A DNA stretch of 64,000 nucleotides, from NCBI GenBank assembly GCA_963845755.1, contig CAWJTV010000005.1, positions 96,001 through 160,000 of the forward strand, given 5' to 3'. The position numbers and the translations under genes are program-made. Of this stretch, positions 12,101-21,700 are shown piece after piece. Position 1 is the stretch's first letter; each line of letters opens with the position of its first letter. The notes beneath the pieces are model-generated. The model had not been told where the DNA came from, searched no databases, and saw only the letters and a program-made list of their open reading frames with translations. The stretch is from an uncultured Planctomycetota bacterium (GTDB taxonomy: Bacteria; Planctomycetota; Planctomycetia; Isosphaerales; Isosphaeraceae).

Positions 12101-12769
12101 CTCCTGGTCGAGCAGGTCAAAGGGATCAATGCCCGGATCGACTTCTGCAAGCGGCTCGAAGCGACCTATGGGAAGTCGCGTCAGGCCGATACGGAGCGGC
12201 CCCTGGTCAAGCTCGACCAGGAGGATCGGAGGCCCGGCGATACCACGGCGATCTACGACAAGGGGGGTTGGGTCTTCTGGATGCTGCTGAACCACCTGGG
12301 GCGAGACCAGGCCCTCGCCGGCATCCAGTCGTTCTTCAAGACCTATCACGGCAACCCCGACCACCCCGTGATCCAGGACTTCGTGGCCGCGATGCGGCCG
12401 TTCGCCCGCGATTCGGCGGCCTTCGATGCGTTCGTCCGCCAGTGGTTCTTCGAAGTCGTCGTGCCCGAATTTCAACTCTCGGAGCCTCGAAAGATTAAAC
12501 GGGGATCGAACTGGGAAGCGACGGTGCGAATCCAGAATGTCGGGACAGGGACGGTGCCCGTCGAGGTCGTCGCCGCGCGGGGAGAGCGGTTCGCCAAGGA
12601 TGGATCATCTTCGTCCGATTACCGTGAGGCGCGCACTACGATCCACCTCGGTCCGGGTGCATCGCACGACGTTTCCCTCATCTGCCCATTCGAGGCGGAT
12701 CGGATCGTTGTAGACCCCGACGCCAAGCTCCTCCAGCTCCAGCGGAAGAACGCCGTGGCCAAGTTCTGA
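9140..12769 (+). CDS. ABC-2 type permease fused to an M1-family aminopeptidase domain
   Basis: Two multi-TM permease halves in the N-terminal ~620 aa; gluzincin 'HEAAHQWWG...LTEG' and 'YDKGGWVF' in the C-terminus; overlaps the ATPase stop (ATGA). Confidence 0.85.
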   Translation: MNAILSPGLRRVWTVFSGDLGTYARRPLFAVWALILVFCALGFSTGSVRIQSGDATVGGTKSHITSEFAVAMQFAIVTTLFYGFFVAVAAGMAIIQDDEWRIGELLHATPLRAWEYVWAKFAAVITVSSVMLGLHLAAMLFFYHVLPNADAQEFRGTFHLSNYLLPALWFWVPTIVFLAGLSFLFGEWTRRPVAVFLLPLAIVLLDAFFLWEWSPNWLDPRINRALMLLDPAGFRWLNETWLKVNRGVRFYNTASIPPDPGFLVSRVVMVVLGLGAAVLGQRHFAATSRGSSSRSARRAAAASLLAGPPSIAKVNSGAESVSKAPLASLQMTLSQPSLLRGAWHVARSELAELRSSPGLYLFIPLLLLQTIVTALIDVGPFDTPLLVTPVGFAVHAMGTLTTCSCLLLLFYTVESLERERSTGLAAIAFATPIRTGSLLLGKLVALGALALAIVAAVAVGGIIVILIQGQVGVSLPPMLLHWGLLLLPTILCWIAFVTAAHRLTQSRYATYALALGVIYFTGYRLGTNQINWVGNWPLWQAVRDSDMSVLELDRRALVLNRVMAVGLSVFFTVLTVRFYRRREVNATQLVHRLRPRAVLSMALRLAPWAVVPLVAGIWLALEVGWGREGGAAQKEEKDYWRKNLATYRDARIPDLRLVTLHLDLFPERSAYRARGTFDLVNGTDRPLREVLLTGGPHWEKLAWTMDGEPFSPADRAHLFVFTPPGGTLAPGGTVQIGFEHEGRFPRGVSKRTAGASEFILPSAVVLTSFRPAIVPVLGFLDSIGIDDDNRQDSREYPDDFYLGQTDSFMGYRTPFSTKITITGPAEFTINSVGIKTSDDVQDGRRTVVWESDHPVSFFNVIAGRWAVEHGDGTAVFYHPGHRYNVAEMREALDAAHRHFSRWFFPYPWRELKLSEFPNLASYAQGFPTNITFSEGVGFLAHNTPEIHAPFEITAHEAAHQWWGNILSAGKAPGGILLTEGTADFSAILLVEQVKGINARIDFCKRLEATYGKSRQADTERPLVKLDQEDRRPGDTTAIYDKGGWVFWMLLNHLGRDQALAGIQSFFKTYHGNPDHPVIQDFVAAMRPFARDSAAFDAFVRQWFFEVVVPEFQLSEPRKIKRGSNWEATVRIQNVGTGTVPVEVVAARGERFAKDGSSSSDYREARTTIHLGPGASHDVSLICPFEADRIVVDPDAKLLQLQRKNAVAKF

Positions 12770-12862
12770 TCGAGGATGATTCGAGGGATTTGGGATCGGG
12801 ATCGAAGGCGAAGAAAGGATCGATTCAAAATACAAAATTGGGATTGAAAATACATTAACTTC

Positions 12863-13397
12863 TTATTACTATAATATAAATAATTTATTTAATCTTGAAC
12901 CTTCTATCACTCGTTCCCACGCTCGGCGTGGGAATGCCGTCTGCGACGCTCCGCGTCGTCTTCGTCTTGGATTTCCAGTGACCCGTCGGTTGTCACCGAA
13001 ACCCAGGACTCCGTCTCGGCAGGGTTGCGGGCGTCGGAGGATCTCCCAGGCGTCGGATCGAAGGGGAGACCCGCTCCACCGGCTTCTCGGAGATGTCGCT
13101 CAACTTCTGGCTCATCATCGCGTCGGTCCCAAGGATTCTCGGAGGCCTGACTTCGAAGGGGACGACGCCGAGCGTCGCAGACGGCATTCCCACGCGGAGC
13201 GTGGGAACGAGTCATCGCGTTCTGACGGGGTAATCGGCGGCTTCGATGCCGAATGTCACATAAGCTGGCATTAATATTTCCTGATGCCTGAAAACCAGGC
13301 ATCTTACAACTGTTGACCAGGGTGTGAACGGGTACAAAAAAAATTAAATTATTATTACTATAATATAAATAATTTGTTTGATCTTGAACCTTCTATC
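12863..13397. repeat. 46-bp AT-rich direct repeat pair flanking a REP-type element
   Basis: TTATTACTATAATATAAATAATTT(A/G)TTT(A/G)ATCTTGAACCTTCTATC at 12863-12908 and 13352-13397, 44/46 identical. Confidence 0.9.
12909..13212. mobile_element. REPIN/MITE-like element with 52-bp terminal inverted repeats
   Basis: 12909-12960 versus reverse complement of 13161-13212: 50/52 identical; each arm has an internal palindrome TTCCCACGC-N3-GCGTGGGAA. Confidence 0.75.
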
Positions 13398-13415
13398 CGG
13401 TGTCTTGAGGTAGGG

Positions 13416-14355
13416 TCATGCAGGCAATCCTCCGTCTGCGCGTGGGAGCGCGCCCCATCCGAGCTTGGCGCGGAGGGTCCTGTAGAAGCTGTGGCCCGGC
13501 AGTCGGACCATGGGGAAGGGGGTCTTGCCCCGGCGGATGGTCACGCGGTCGCCGCACCGCAAAGGCACCTGGACCTGGCCGTCGATCACCAGCACTGTGG
13601 AGATTCCGACCCCCAGCGGGGTGGCCTCGTAGACCTTGTGCGCGCTGTTCAACCAAGGGGCGCTGGGTCAGCGTGTGCGGGCAGATGGGCGTAACGACGA
13701 ACATGTGGGCATCAGGGGGGAGGATCGGACCGCCCGACGAGAGGCTGTGCGCCGTCGAGCCGACCGGCGTGGCGATGATCAGCCCGTCGCCTCGGTAGGT
13801 CATCACGCTCTCGCCGTCGATAGACAGGCCGATCTCCACCAGGTGGAAGAACGGGGCGGCGCGGATCACCGCATCGTTCAGACCCCGGAAGATGCGCGTC
13901 GGTCCCTCTCTTGGCGAGAGGGTACATTCCAGGGTCATCAGGTTGTCGATCGTGTACTGGCGTGCGGACAGGTCGATCAGCCGGTCGCGGAACTCGGCCG
14001 GGGTCAGGTCGGCGAGGAACCCGAGTCGTCCGAGATTGACTCCCAGGGCTGGCTTGGGCCGGTCCCCCATCCGACGCGCCGTGTGGAGCACGGTGCCGTC
14101 GCCTCCGAGTACCACGGCCACCTCAGCCGGCAGGTCGGAGAGGTTCGAGTCGGCCGAGAGGTCGACTCCCACCAGCTCCAGCCCGGGAGTCTGCGATAGG
14201 GCTTCGGTCAGCGTTCTGGCGGCCGAGTGGACCTCGGCCTTGGTCCCGTTCCCCAGCAACACCAGTCTCAGAGCTTTCGGTGCCGGCGCCTGGGGACGCG
14301 AGGCTGGCGGGTGCGGATCGGATCCAGGATCGGGGGTGGAGTCCGCGGGTCCCAT
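13416..14355 (-). CDS. nadK: NAD(+) kinase; frameshift near 13650
   Basis: 'LGGDGT', 'GVNLGRLGFL', 'LNDAVI', 'GDGLIIATPVGSTAHSLS'; C-terminus 'DGQ...LRAKLGWG' in ORF 13416..13652. Confidence 0.9.
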
Positions 14356-14420
14356 TCGTCCTTTTGTCCTTGGTGCGTGCGGCTTCGTCCGCAGGCCGCC
14401 TTATGGTGACTGGTGACGGA

Positions 14421-16370
14421 TCATGGGCTGGTCCGGACCACGGTCAAAGGACCCCGGACCAACTCGGGGATGGACATCCCGACGGTTCTGGCGAGTTCCA
14501 GGGCCGCACGGGTGACGCCTTCGACGTCCAGGCCAACCTCGACAAGCTGCTCATCGCGTTCGGCATGCAGGACATACCGGTCGGGGAGGCCGAGCCGGCG
14601 GAGATGGGACGTTGTGATCCCCGCATCGTTGGCCGCCTCGAGCACCGCGGAACCGAAGCCGCCCATCAAGCTGCTCTCCTCGACCGTCAGCACGAATCCA
14701 CATTCCTCGATTGCCTTGCCGATGGTTTCTCGATCCAGCGGCTTGACGAATCGGGCGTTGATCACGCCAACCCGCAAGCCGTAAAGGTTGCGCAGCCGCT
14801 CGGCCACCCGCAGGCACGTCCCGACCGTGGCGCCGCAGGCCAGCAGCATGCCGTCGGTCTCCCATTCGAGGATCTCGGCTTGGCCCAGCTCGACGGGCTG
14901 GACGTCGCGTTCGATCGTGTCGAGGTTGGCCCGGGGATAACGGAGTGCGACGGGCGCGTTCTGCGCCAGGGCGAATTCGAACATCGGGGCGATGTCGTTC
15001 TCGTCGCCCGGCGCCATGACGACCATATTCGGGAAGACACGAAGGTAGGCCAGGTCATACGATCCGTGGTGAGTGGGGCCATCGGCGCCGACGAGCCCGG
15101 CGCGGTCGAGGCAGAACACGACCGGCAGATTCTGGAGGGCCACTTCCTGGAAGATCTGGTCGTAGGACCGCTGCAAGAACGTACTATAGATGTCGACGAT
15201 CGGTCTCACGCCGGTCTTGGCCATACCTGCGGCGAACGCGACAGCGTGGCTCTCGCAGATCCCGACATCGAAGAACTGTTCCGGGAAGGAGTCGCGGATT
15301 CGCTGGAGTTTGTTCCCCTCGCACATGGCGGCGGTGATCACCGCGACCTTGGGGTCGCGGCCACACGCCTTGAAAAGGACGTCGCTGACGACGTCCGTGA
15401 ACGTGCGATTCGACGAGGTCTTGAGAGGGATGATGCCGTCGCCCCCCTGCTGGAACGGGGCGGGTGCGTGGAACTTGACCGGGTCCTTCATCGCCGGTTC
15501 GAAGCCGTGTCCCTTGTTGGTCAGGACGTGGAGCAGGACCGGACCTTCCATCGCCTTGACCCGTTCGAAATAGCTGCGGAGCATCTTGAGGTCGTGGCCG
15601 TCGATCGGCCCGAGGTAGACAAAACCCAGCTCTTCGAAGAGCATCCCGTGGTGGAGCGAAGCCTTGATGCCGTCCTTCACTTGCTGGTACCAGCGGTCCA
15701 CGTGCTCCCCGACCACAGGGATATTCGGCAACAGCCACTTGACTCGCTTGTTCCAGTCGTTGAAGGTCCCGGACATGCGTGCGCGGTCGAGGTATTCGGC
15801 CAGTCCGCCGACCCGCGGGCAAATCGACATCTTGTTGTCGTTGAGGATCACCAGCATCTTCTTCTTCAGCCCGCTGGCATGATTGAACGCCTCGAAGACG
15901 ATGCCGGAGGGGAGGGCGCCGTCGCCGATGACGGCGACCGAATGGCGATCGGGTCTGCCGGCCATCTCGTCGCCGACTTTCAGTCCCAGCGCCGTCGAGG
16001 GCGCACAACCCGCGTGCCCGGTCATGAACAGGTCGAATGCGCTCTCCGTCGGATTCGGGTAGCCCATCAGGCCCCCCTTGGTCCGGATCGAGTGCAGCCG
16101 ATCGGCGCGTCCGGTGATCAACTTGTGAGGGTAGATCTGATGGCCGGTGTCCCAGATCAAGCGGTCCTTCGTGAAGTCGAAGGTGAGGTGGAGCGCCAGA
16201 CAGAGCTCGACTACCCCAAGATTGCTGGCGAAGTGAGCGGAGCGGCGACCGAGTACGCCGATCAGCTCGGAGCGCATCTCCTCGGCGAGCCGTTGGAGCT
16301 CGAGGTCCGTCAGCGCGTTCAAGTCGGCCGGCGATTTGATCCGATCGAGCACCGCGTCCGAAACGTCCAT
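14421..16370 (-). CDS. dxs: 1-deoxy-D-xylulose-5-phosphate synthase
   Basis: 'HFASNLGVVEL', 'WDTGHQIYPHK', TPP motif 'GDGA...LNDN', 'DRAGLVGADGPTHHG'; ATG at 16370 abuts the ispA stop. Confidence 0.97.
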   Translation of the reverse strand: MDVSDAVLDRIKSPADLNALTDLELQRLAEEMRSELIGVLGRRSAHFASNLGVVELCLALHLTFDFTKDRLIWDTGHQIYPHKLITGRADRLHSIRTKGGLMGYPNPTESAFDLFMTGHAGCAPSTALGLKVGDEMAGRPDRHSVAVIGDGALPSGIVFEAFNHASGLKKKMLVILNDNKMSICPRVGGLAEYLDRARMSGTFNDWNKRVKWLLPNIPVVGEHVDRWYQQVKDGIKASLHHGMLFEELGFVYLGPIDGHDLKMLRSYFERVKAMEGPVLLHVLTNKGHGFEPAMKDPVKFHAPAPFQQGGDGIIPLKTSSNRTFTDVVSDVLFKACGRDPKVAVITAAMCEGNKLQRIRDSFPEQFFDVGICESHAVAFAAGMAKTGVRPIVDIYSTFLQRSYDQIFQEVALQNLPVVFCLDRAGLVGADGPTHHGSYDLAYLRVFPNMVVMAPGDENDIAPMFEFALAQNAPVALRYPRANLDTIERDVQPVELGQAEILEWETDGMLLACGATVGTCLRVAERLRNLYGLRVGVINARFVKPLDRETIGKAIEECGFVLTVEESSLMGGFGSAVLEAANDAGITTSHLRRLGLPDRYVLHAERDEQLVEVGLDVEGVTRAALELARTVGMSIPELVRGPLTVVRTSP

Positions 16371-17338
16371 CAACGATCCCTTTCCAAAAGTGCCAGGGCC
16401 AGCTCGCGAAGCGGATTGCCGCGCGCTCCCAATGGCTCCAGCGCAACGACGGCCTCCTCGGCCAACTGTCGGGCGCGGTGCCGGCTGCCGTTGACGCCCA
16501 CGAATCTGGGGTACGTCCATTTGCCCAGCTCGGAATCCTTGCCGACGCGTTTGCCTAGCTTGGATTCGTCCCCTTCGACGTCCAGGAGGTCGTCGACGAT
16601 CTGGAAGGCCAGGCCAACCGACCGGCCGTAGTGATCCAGGGCCGAAGCACACGTCTCCGAGGCCTCGGCAATGGCGGCGCCCATGGTCAGAGGTGCGCGA
16701 AGCAAGGCGCCGGTCTTGCGGCGGTGGATGGCTTCCAGTGCGGCCAGGGTCCCGGCCGCCGGACGTCCCTGGGCCTCGGTGCGACCCTCCGCTTGGAGGT
16801 CGGCCATCTGGCCGGCCACCATTCCCCACGGGCCGGCCGCCTCGGCCAGGATCCGCACGCAACGGATCGCCGACGTCGCGGGGCGGACCTCGCGCGCCAG
16901 AACCTCGAATGCCATCGTCAGGAGACCGTCACCGGCCAGGATCGCCGTCGCCTCGTCAAAGGCTTTGTGGCAGGTCGGACGCCCTCGCCGCAGGTCATCG
17001 TCGTCCATCGCCGGAAGGTCGTCATGGATCAACGAATAGGTGTGCACCATCTCCAGAGCGCAAGCGGCGGGCAGCGCCGCTTCGATCTCGCCTCCGCATG
17101 CCTCGGCCGCCATCACGCAGAGCACTGGACGCAGCCGCTTCCCGCCGCCGAGCAGGCTGTATTGCATCGCCATCGCCAGCCGTGCCGGACACGACGATTC
17201 GGCGTCGGCCTCGACGTCCGGGAGGTACGTGGCCAAGGCCCCCTCGACCCGGCGCCGGATCCGTTCCAGATTCGCGCCCAATCCCGCGAATTCGGTCGTT
17301 CTCGTCTCAGAACTCGTCATGGTCCTCGTCGTGATCAT
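16370..17338 (-). CDS. ispA: Polyprenyl (farnesyl/geranylgeranyl) diphosphate synthase
   Basis: 'GGKRLRP', FARM 'HDDLPAMDDDDLRRGRPT', SARM 'FQIVDDLLD'; between xseB and dxs. Confidence 0.93.
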   Translation of the reverse strand: MITTRTMTSSETRTTEFAGLGANLERIRRRVEGALATYLPDVEADAESSCPARLAMAMQYSLLGGGKRLRPVLCVMAAEACGGEIEAALPAACALEMVHTYSLIHDDLPAMDDDDLRRGRPTCHKAFDEATAILAGDGLLTMAFEVLAREVRPATSAIRCVRILAEAAGPWGMVAGQMADLQAEGRTEAQGRPAAGTLAALEAIHRRKTGALLRAPLTMGAAIAEASETCASALDHYGRSVGLAFQIVDDLLDVEGDESKLGKRVGKDSELGKWTYPRFVGVNGSRHRARQLAEEAVVALEPLGARGNPLRELALALLERDR

Positions 17339-17722
17339 GGACTGGCCGCGAGCCGATGGCCGGACGCCGCGATCCCCAACAAGCCTTGGGACGCACGCCC
17401 CAATCAGGTCCTCCTCCCCGGACCACCCAGTCGCCAAGCTATTGTGGACTTTCACCCTCCGAATGTCCACATGAGACCCCTCTAAACTTTGGATCACAAA
17501 GTTGAGACAGGCACTCTATATAGGACTCTTACGCATAATCCTACCCTCCGTCCCTGGTTTCCCAGCAAGTCCGAGGGAATTCGTCGAGAAGAATCGCGAG
17601 ATCGGGATCGCCGAACGGCGATCCGCCACTCCGGATCAATGTCGCGAGGACATTCGGTAACGCGAAAAGATCGATCGGCCTGAGAGTCTGCGAATCGGCG
17701 AAGGACGAGGCCAGGGCGGGGC

Positions 17723-18091
17723 TCAGAACGGCGGGTCGGACCGGACGTCCAGGCGAACGTGCTGGATTCGTGAGGGGTCGCTTCGCTCGGACGATGCCGG
17801 TTTCGTCTCCAGGTCGATCGGACTCGGGGACGCCACGGACTGTCGGGCGAGCGTCGCCGTCGCGTCGAACGGCGTGGTGTGAGGATTCCCCTGGTCGTCG
17901 ATGCCGGTGAGGAGTGAGACCGAATGTTCGGCTTGCTCAAGGAGTTGATAGCAGCGCCGCAGGAGTTTGACGCCAGTCTCGTAGCCAGTCAGTGCAGCAC
18001 TCAGGGTAGAATCGCCACGCTCCAGGCTCGCCACGATCCGCTCGATCTCGGTCAACGCGACCTCAAAGGTGGGCTCGGTGTCATCCACCAT
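17723..18091 (-). CDS. xseB: Exodeoxyribonuclease VII small subunit
   Basis: 'FEVALTEIERIVASLERGDSTLSAALTGYETGVKLLRRC...LEQAE'; upstream of ispA. Confidence 0.9.
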   Translation of the reverse strand: MVDDTEPTFEVALTEIERIVASLERGDSTLSAALTGYETGVKLLRRCYQLLEQAEHSVSLLTGIDDQGNPHTTPFDATATLARQSVASPSPIDLETKPASSERSDPSRIQHVRLDVRSDPPF

Positions 18092-18200
18092 GATTCGATC
18101 CGGACTCCATCATGGCCATCGCCTTACCGAGGTCCCGGTCTCTTGCCCGGGGTGAACGCCACACCAAGACCCTAACGCGGCATTCGGCCGCAACCCAATC

Positions 18201-18282
18201 GGGATTCCCGATTCAAGATTCCGGATTGCCGAAGGAAAATGATCCGGGAATCCGGAATCTCGAATCCGGAATTCGGAATCCC
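18201..18282. repeat. Inverted array of short heptamer repeats (GATTCNN / GAATCNN)
   Basis: gattccc-gattcaa-gattccg-gattgcc followed by gaatccg-gaatctc-gaatccg-gaattcg-gaatccc. Confidence 0.7.
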
Positions 18283-18382
18283 CAGATGTGCGCGATGCGG
18301 AGGGATCCTACGGAGGACGACTCTAACGTCTCGGAGCCACTCTGGCCAGTCGTTCGCTGATTTCTCAGTTTTCCTTTTTCGA

Positions 18383-18697
18383 TTATCCGTGTTCAGTCCG
18401 ACCGCTGCCACCAGTGGACCAGACGTTCCTCACCGGAACGGCAGAAGTATGTACGATGACCCTGGCAGCCACCTGCTTCGCGAACCTCCTGGCCGCGTCC
18501 ATGACGGAGTGCTTGGGCAGCTTGCTCGGGTTGTTGGTGACAGGTAAGTCGATCTTGCCCGGGGTTCGCCGCGTGCCGGGAGGGCTGACCGAGGGCCCTC
18601 GCCCGACCACGGACGAGGGAGCGTTGGTGATATCATGGGTCGCGGTGAGCTGTGCGACAAAAATATCGGGGCCGGCATGAGTACCCGCCCCGATTAC
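18383..18697 (-). pseudogene. Orphan C-terminal fragment resembling the tail of the adjacent surface protein
   Basis: Open frame right after a TAA (18698-18700), no start codon at its 5' end: 'VIGAGTHAGPDIFVAQLTATHDITNAPSSVVG...' resembles 'GNGRPGGDFQAWITTFHNIVKP' of the neighbour. Confidence 0.45.
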
Positions 18698-18728
18698 TTA
18701 TGTCAGGAGGTTCGATCATCGTCCCCGG

Positions 18729-21700
18729 TCAGCGGCGACGGCGGTGGGTTCCGACTTCCCCGATGAAGAAGGCAAGCGCCGCGTCGTGAGCAGCGTGGTG
18801 TGGGGTCGAACCCGATTGCTTCACCACGTGGTGCACCGTGTGCACGACGTGAACGGCCTTGCTCGCATGTCGGATCTTCACGTGCTTGCCGGTCTTCAGG
18901 TGGGGATGTCCTGGCGCGGGAGGATCGATGACGGCGGCAGACGGCGGAACAAATCCGGCCGGGACAGGCAGGAACGGCTTCACGATGTTGTGAAAGGTCG
19001 TGATCCATGCCTGGAAGTCTCCGCCCGGCCGGCCGTTACCGGTCGGGAAGACGCCGTAGAACGTCCCGGAGAGGGGATTCTCCGCGTTGTCCTCGATACC
19101 TTTGTTCCCGCTCCCTGAGTTGATGTCGATCATGTAGATTCCACCACGCAACTCTCTGCCATGGTGAAAGACTACGTTGACCGTTACCGGAGAAGTCGGC
19201 GTTGCTCCGGGTGTGACCGTGACGCCGGTGACCAGGATCACCGATGGGATGTGCACGTTATGGACGAGCTGCTTGCCCATCAGATGATAAAACGCGCCGT
19301 CCGAGATACTGGCCATGTCCATGCCGCTGAGGTTGTCCTGGTACGTGATCGTCAAGGTCGCGTCGAGCCGATTGAATGCCGCCGCGGTGATCACCGGCCC
19401 GACCGTGTCGATTTCCAGGTTGGCTGCGATCGTCACCGGAGCCGTGGTCGTGGTCATGCCGAACTGATCGACCGCAGTCGCCGTGATCGCGTAGGTGTTA
19501 TCGGGGAGTGCCACGTTGGAACTGATGTTCCAGGCCCCGTTGTTCTGGGCCTGCCCCGTGCCGATCACCATGGGCAAACCGCCGGTCGGAGTCGCGTACA
19601 GGGTGACCGATGAGTAAGGTTCCGAGGTTCCCGAGAAGTCGGGCTGGGGGTTATTGGTCACATCAAGCGTGCCCGTGGACACGCCGCTGACGGTTGCCAG
19701 ATTCACGGACCCGGTCACCACGATGGGCCGATCCGCCACCGAGGCTGTGTTGGTCACGGTCAGTACGGAACCGCCGGCGTCGTGGATGTACACGGTGATC
19801 GGATAGCTTCCCGTGCCACCGTTGACGCCCGCGTCCGCGTAAGTATGCGAGCCGGTGACGTCGAAAGGAGTACCGACCCCGCCGGGTTGCTTAACCGTTC
19901 CGGCCGACTGCGGCGAGCCATCACCCCAGTCGATCGTCACCTCGAAGTCGCTGATCGCCGCCGTGGGATTCGTGTCGTTGAACGATGCGACTGGACCGGT
20001 GAATACCGGGGCGCCGAACTCCGGAACCGGGTAGACGGCCGATTCAGTGGTGCTCACGATGGGTTGGATCAACCCGGTCGCGTTCAGGCGCTGCGTCGGC
20101 GATCACGGCCGACCCGGAGATGATGGTCACCGACCCGCCGTCATCGGTCACGGTGACGGTGTAGGCATAGGTCCCTTCCTCGGCATAGGTGTGGGGAGCC
20201 GTGATGGTGTAGATCACGCCGTTGGGAGAGCCGACGGCGGTGATGTTCGATGTCGTCAAAGTCTGAACCGCGCTGCCGTCTCCCCACTTAACCTTGATCG
20301 AGCCGGGGGCGGTGGTGAAGTCGGCGACGGTCGAGCCCTGATTGGCATCGGTGAAGCTGCCCAGCAGGGTGGTAGTCGCCGTCGCGATGCCCTCGATCCC
20401 AGTGATCACGGTGCCATTGGAGCTCGTCAGGGGTGCATCGAGGACGGTGACTCCGCCGGGAGGACTGGTCAGCGTGGTGCTCACTCCGCCGAGGGTCGTG
20501 ATCACAACGCTGAGGATGTCGGGTGAGCCGGCGGGCGTCTCGTCGGCATAGGTGTGGCTGCCGAGGACCTCGAAGATCGGCGCTCCGGGATCGGTTGCCG
20601 ACGTCAGCGGTGTGACGCCGATTTGCTGGACTACCAGGGTGACCCCCGCAGCCGTCGGCGTACCGTCACCCCAGCCGCCGATCGCGAGCGCCGCGTTCAC
20701 GTCGGCGACAGTAGCCAGTGTATTGGGGTCCACGAAGGTTGCCAGCACGAACAGGCCCGTGTTCGTGCCTTCAACTGCGGTGAAGCTCTTGGTCGAGCCG
20801 GTAACCGCCAGGTCGGTGACGGTGGCAGAGCCGGTGAGCGTAACGGTCGACCCGCCGGCGTCAACCACGTGGATCGTTAGTGCGTACGTGCCCGGCTTGG
20901 CGTAGAGATGCCCTCCCTCGACATTGAAGCCGCCTCCTCCGGTGGATACCAAAGTGCCGAGGCTATTCGCGGTGCTGTCGCCCCAGTCGATGACCGCCGT
21001 GTAGTCGCTGGCCGATGCCGCCGTGTTGGCATCGGTGAAAGTACCGACAACGGTGCTGGCGGGCAGTGCCACGCCCGTATGAGGCGTCAACGCGACGGCG
21101 GGGCCTGCGGTCAAGGCCGCATCGGCGATAACGGCAGTCGCGGTCCCGTCGACGGTGATTGGTGGCGTGCCGGCGCTGTCGGTGACGGACACCACGACCT
21201 TGTAGGTGCCCTCTTCCGGGAGCGTGAACGCCGGGGCATTGACCGTGTACTGGGCCGCGTTGCCATTCTGGGTGATGCTGGCAGCGGCAACCGATACGAC
21301 GGTCGCGCCGGCCGAGTTGATGACGGAAATGTTCGCCGAGTAGTCCGCGATCGGGTCGGCTCCTCCGGCATCAATGAAGGTGGCGATCGGGCCGGCCGCG
21401 ATGGCAATCCCCTCGGTTCCGACTATCGGTACGACCGAAACGGCCAGAGGGCCCTGGGTCACGGTGGCGGTGGCCGTCGAGGTGGCCGTCGCGCCCGGGG
21501 TAATCGGGACGGTTACCGGGGCACCGTTCACGAGAGTACCCGTGACCGGTCCGCTTTGCGTAATGATGGTCAAACTGATCGGGTACGAGCCCGCAGTGGC
21601 GTAGGTGTGCGTTCCCGTGATTTCGTAGACGCTCGGGTTGCTCGCGTCTTGAGTAATCGTACCGGCCGTCGTGGTACCGTCGCCCCAGGCGATCGTCGCG

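Noticed and set aside
12907..13302. 131-aa minus ORF and 98-aa plus ORF containing 'DAERRRRHSHAERGNE'
   Set aside because: Translations of the REP arms, not credible proteins.
14280..16631. 783-aa plus-strand ORF and other long antisense ORFs (e.g. 52277..53809, 3633..4646, 37673..38509)
   Set aside because: Shadow ORFs opposite well-supported genes in high-GC DNA; no recognisable motifs.
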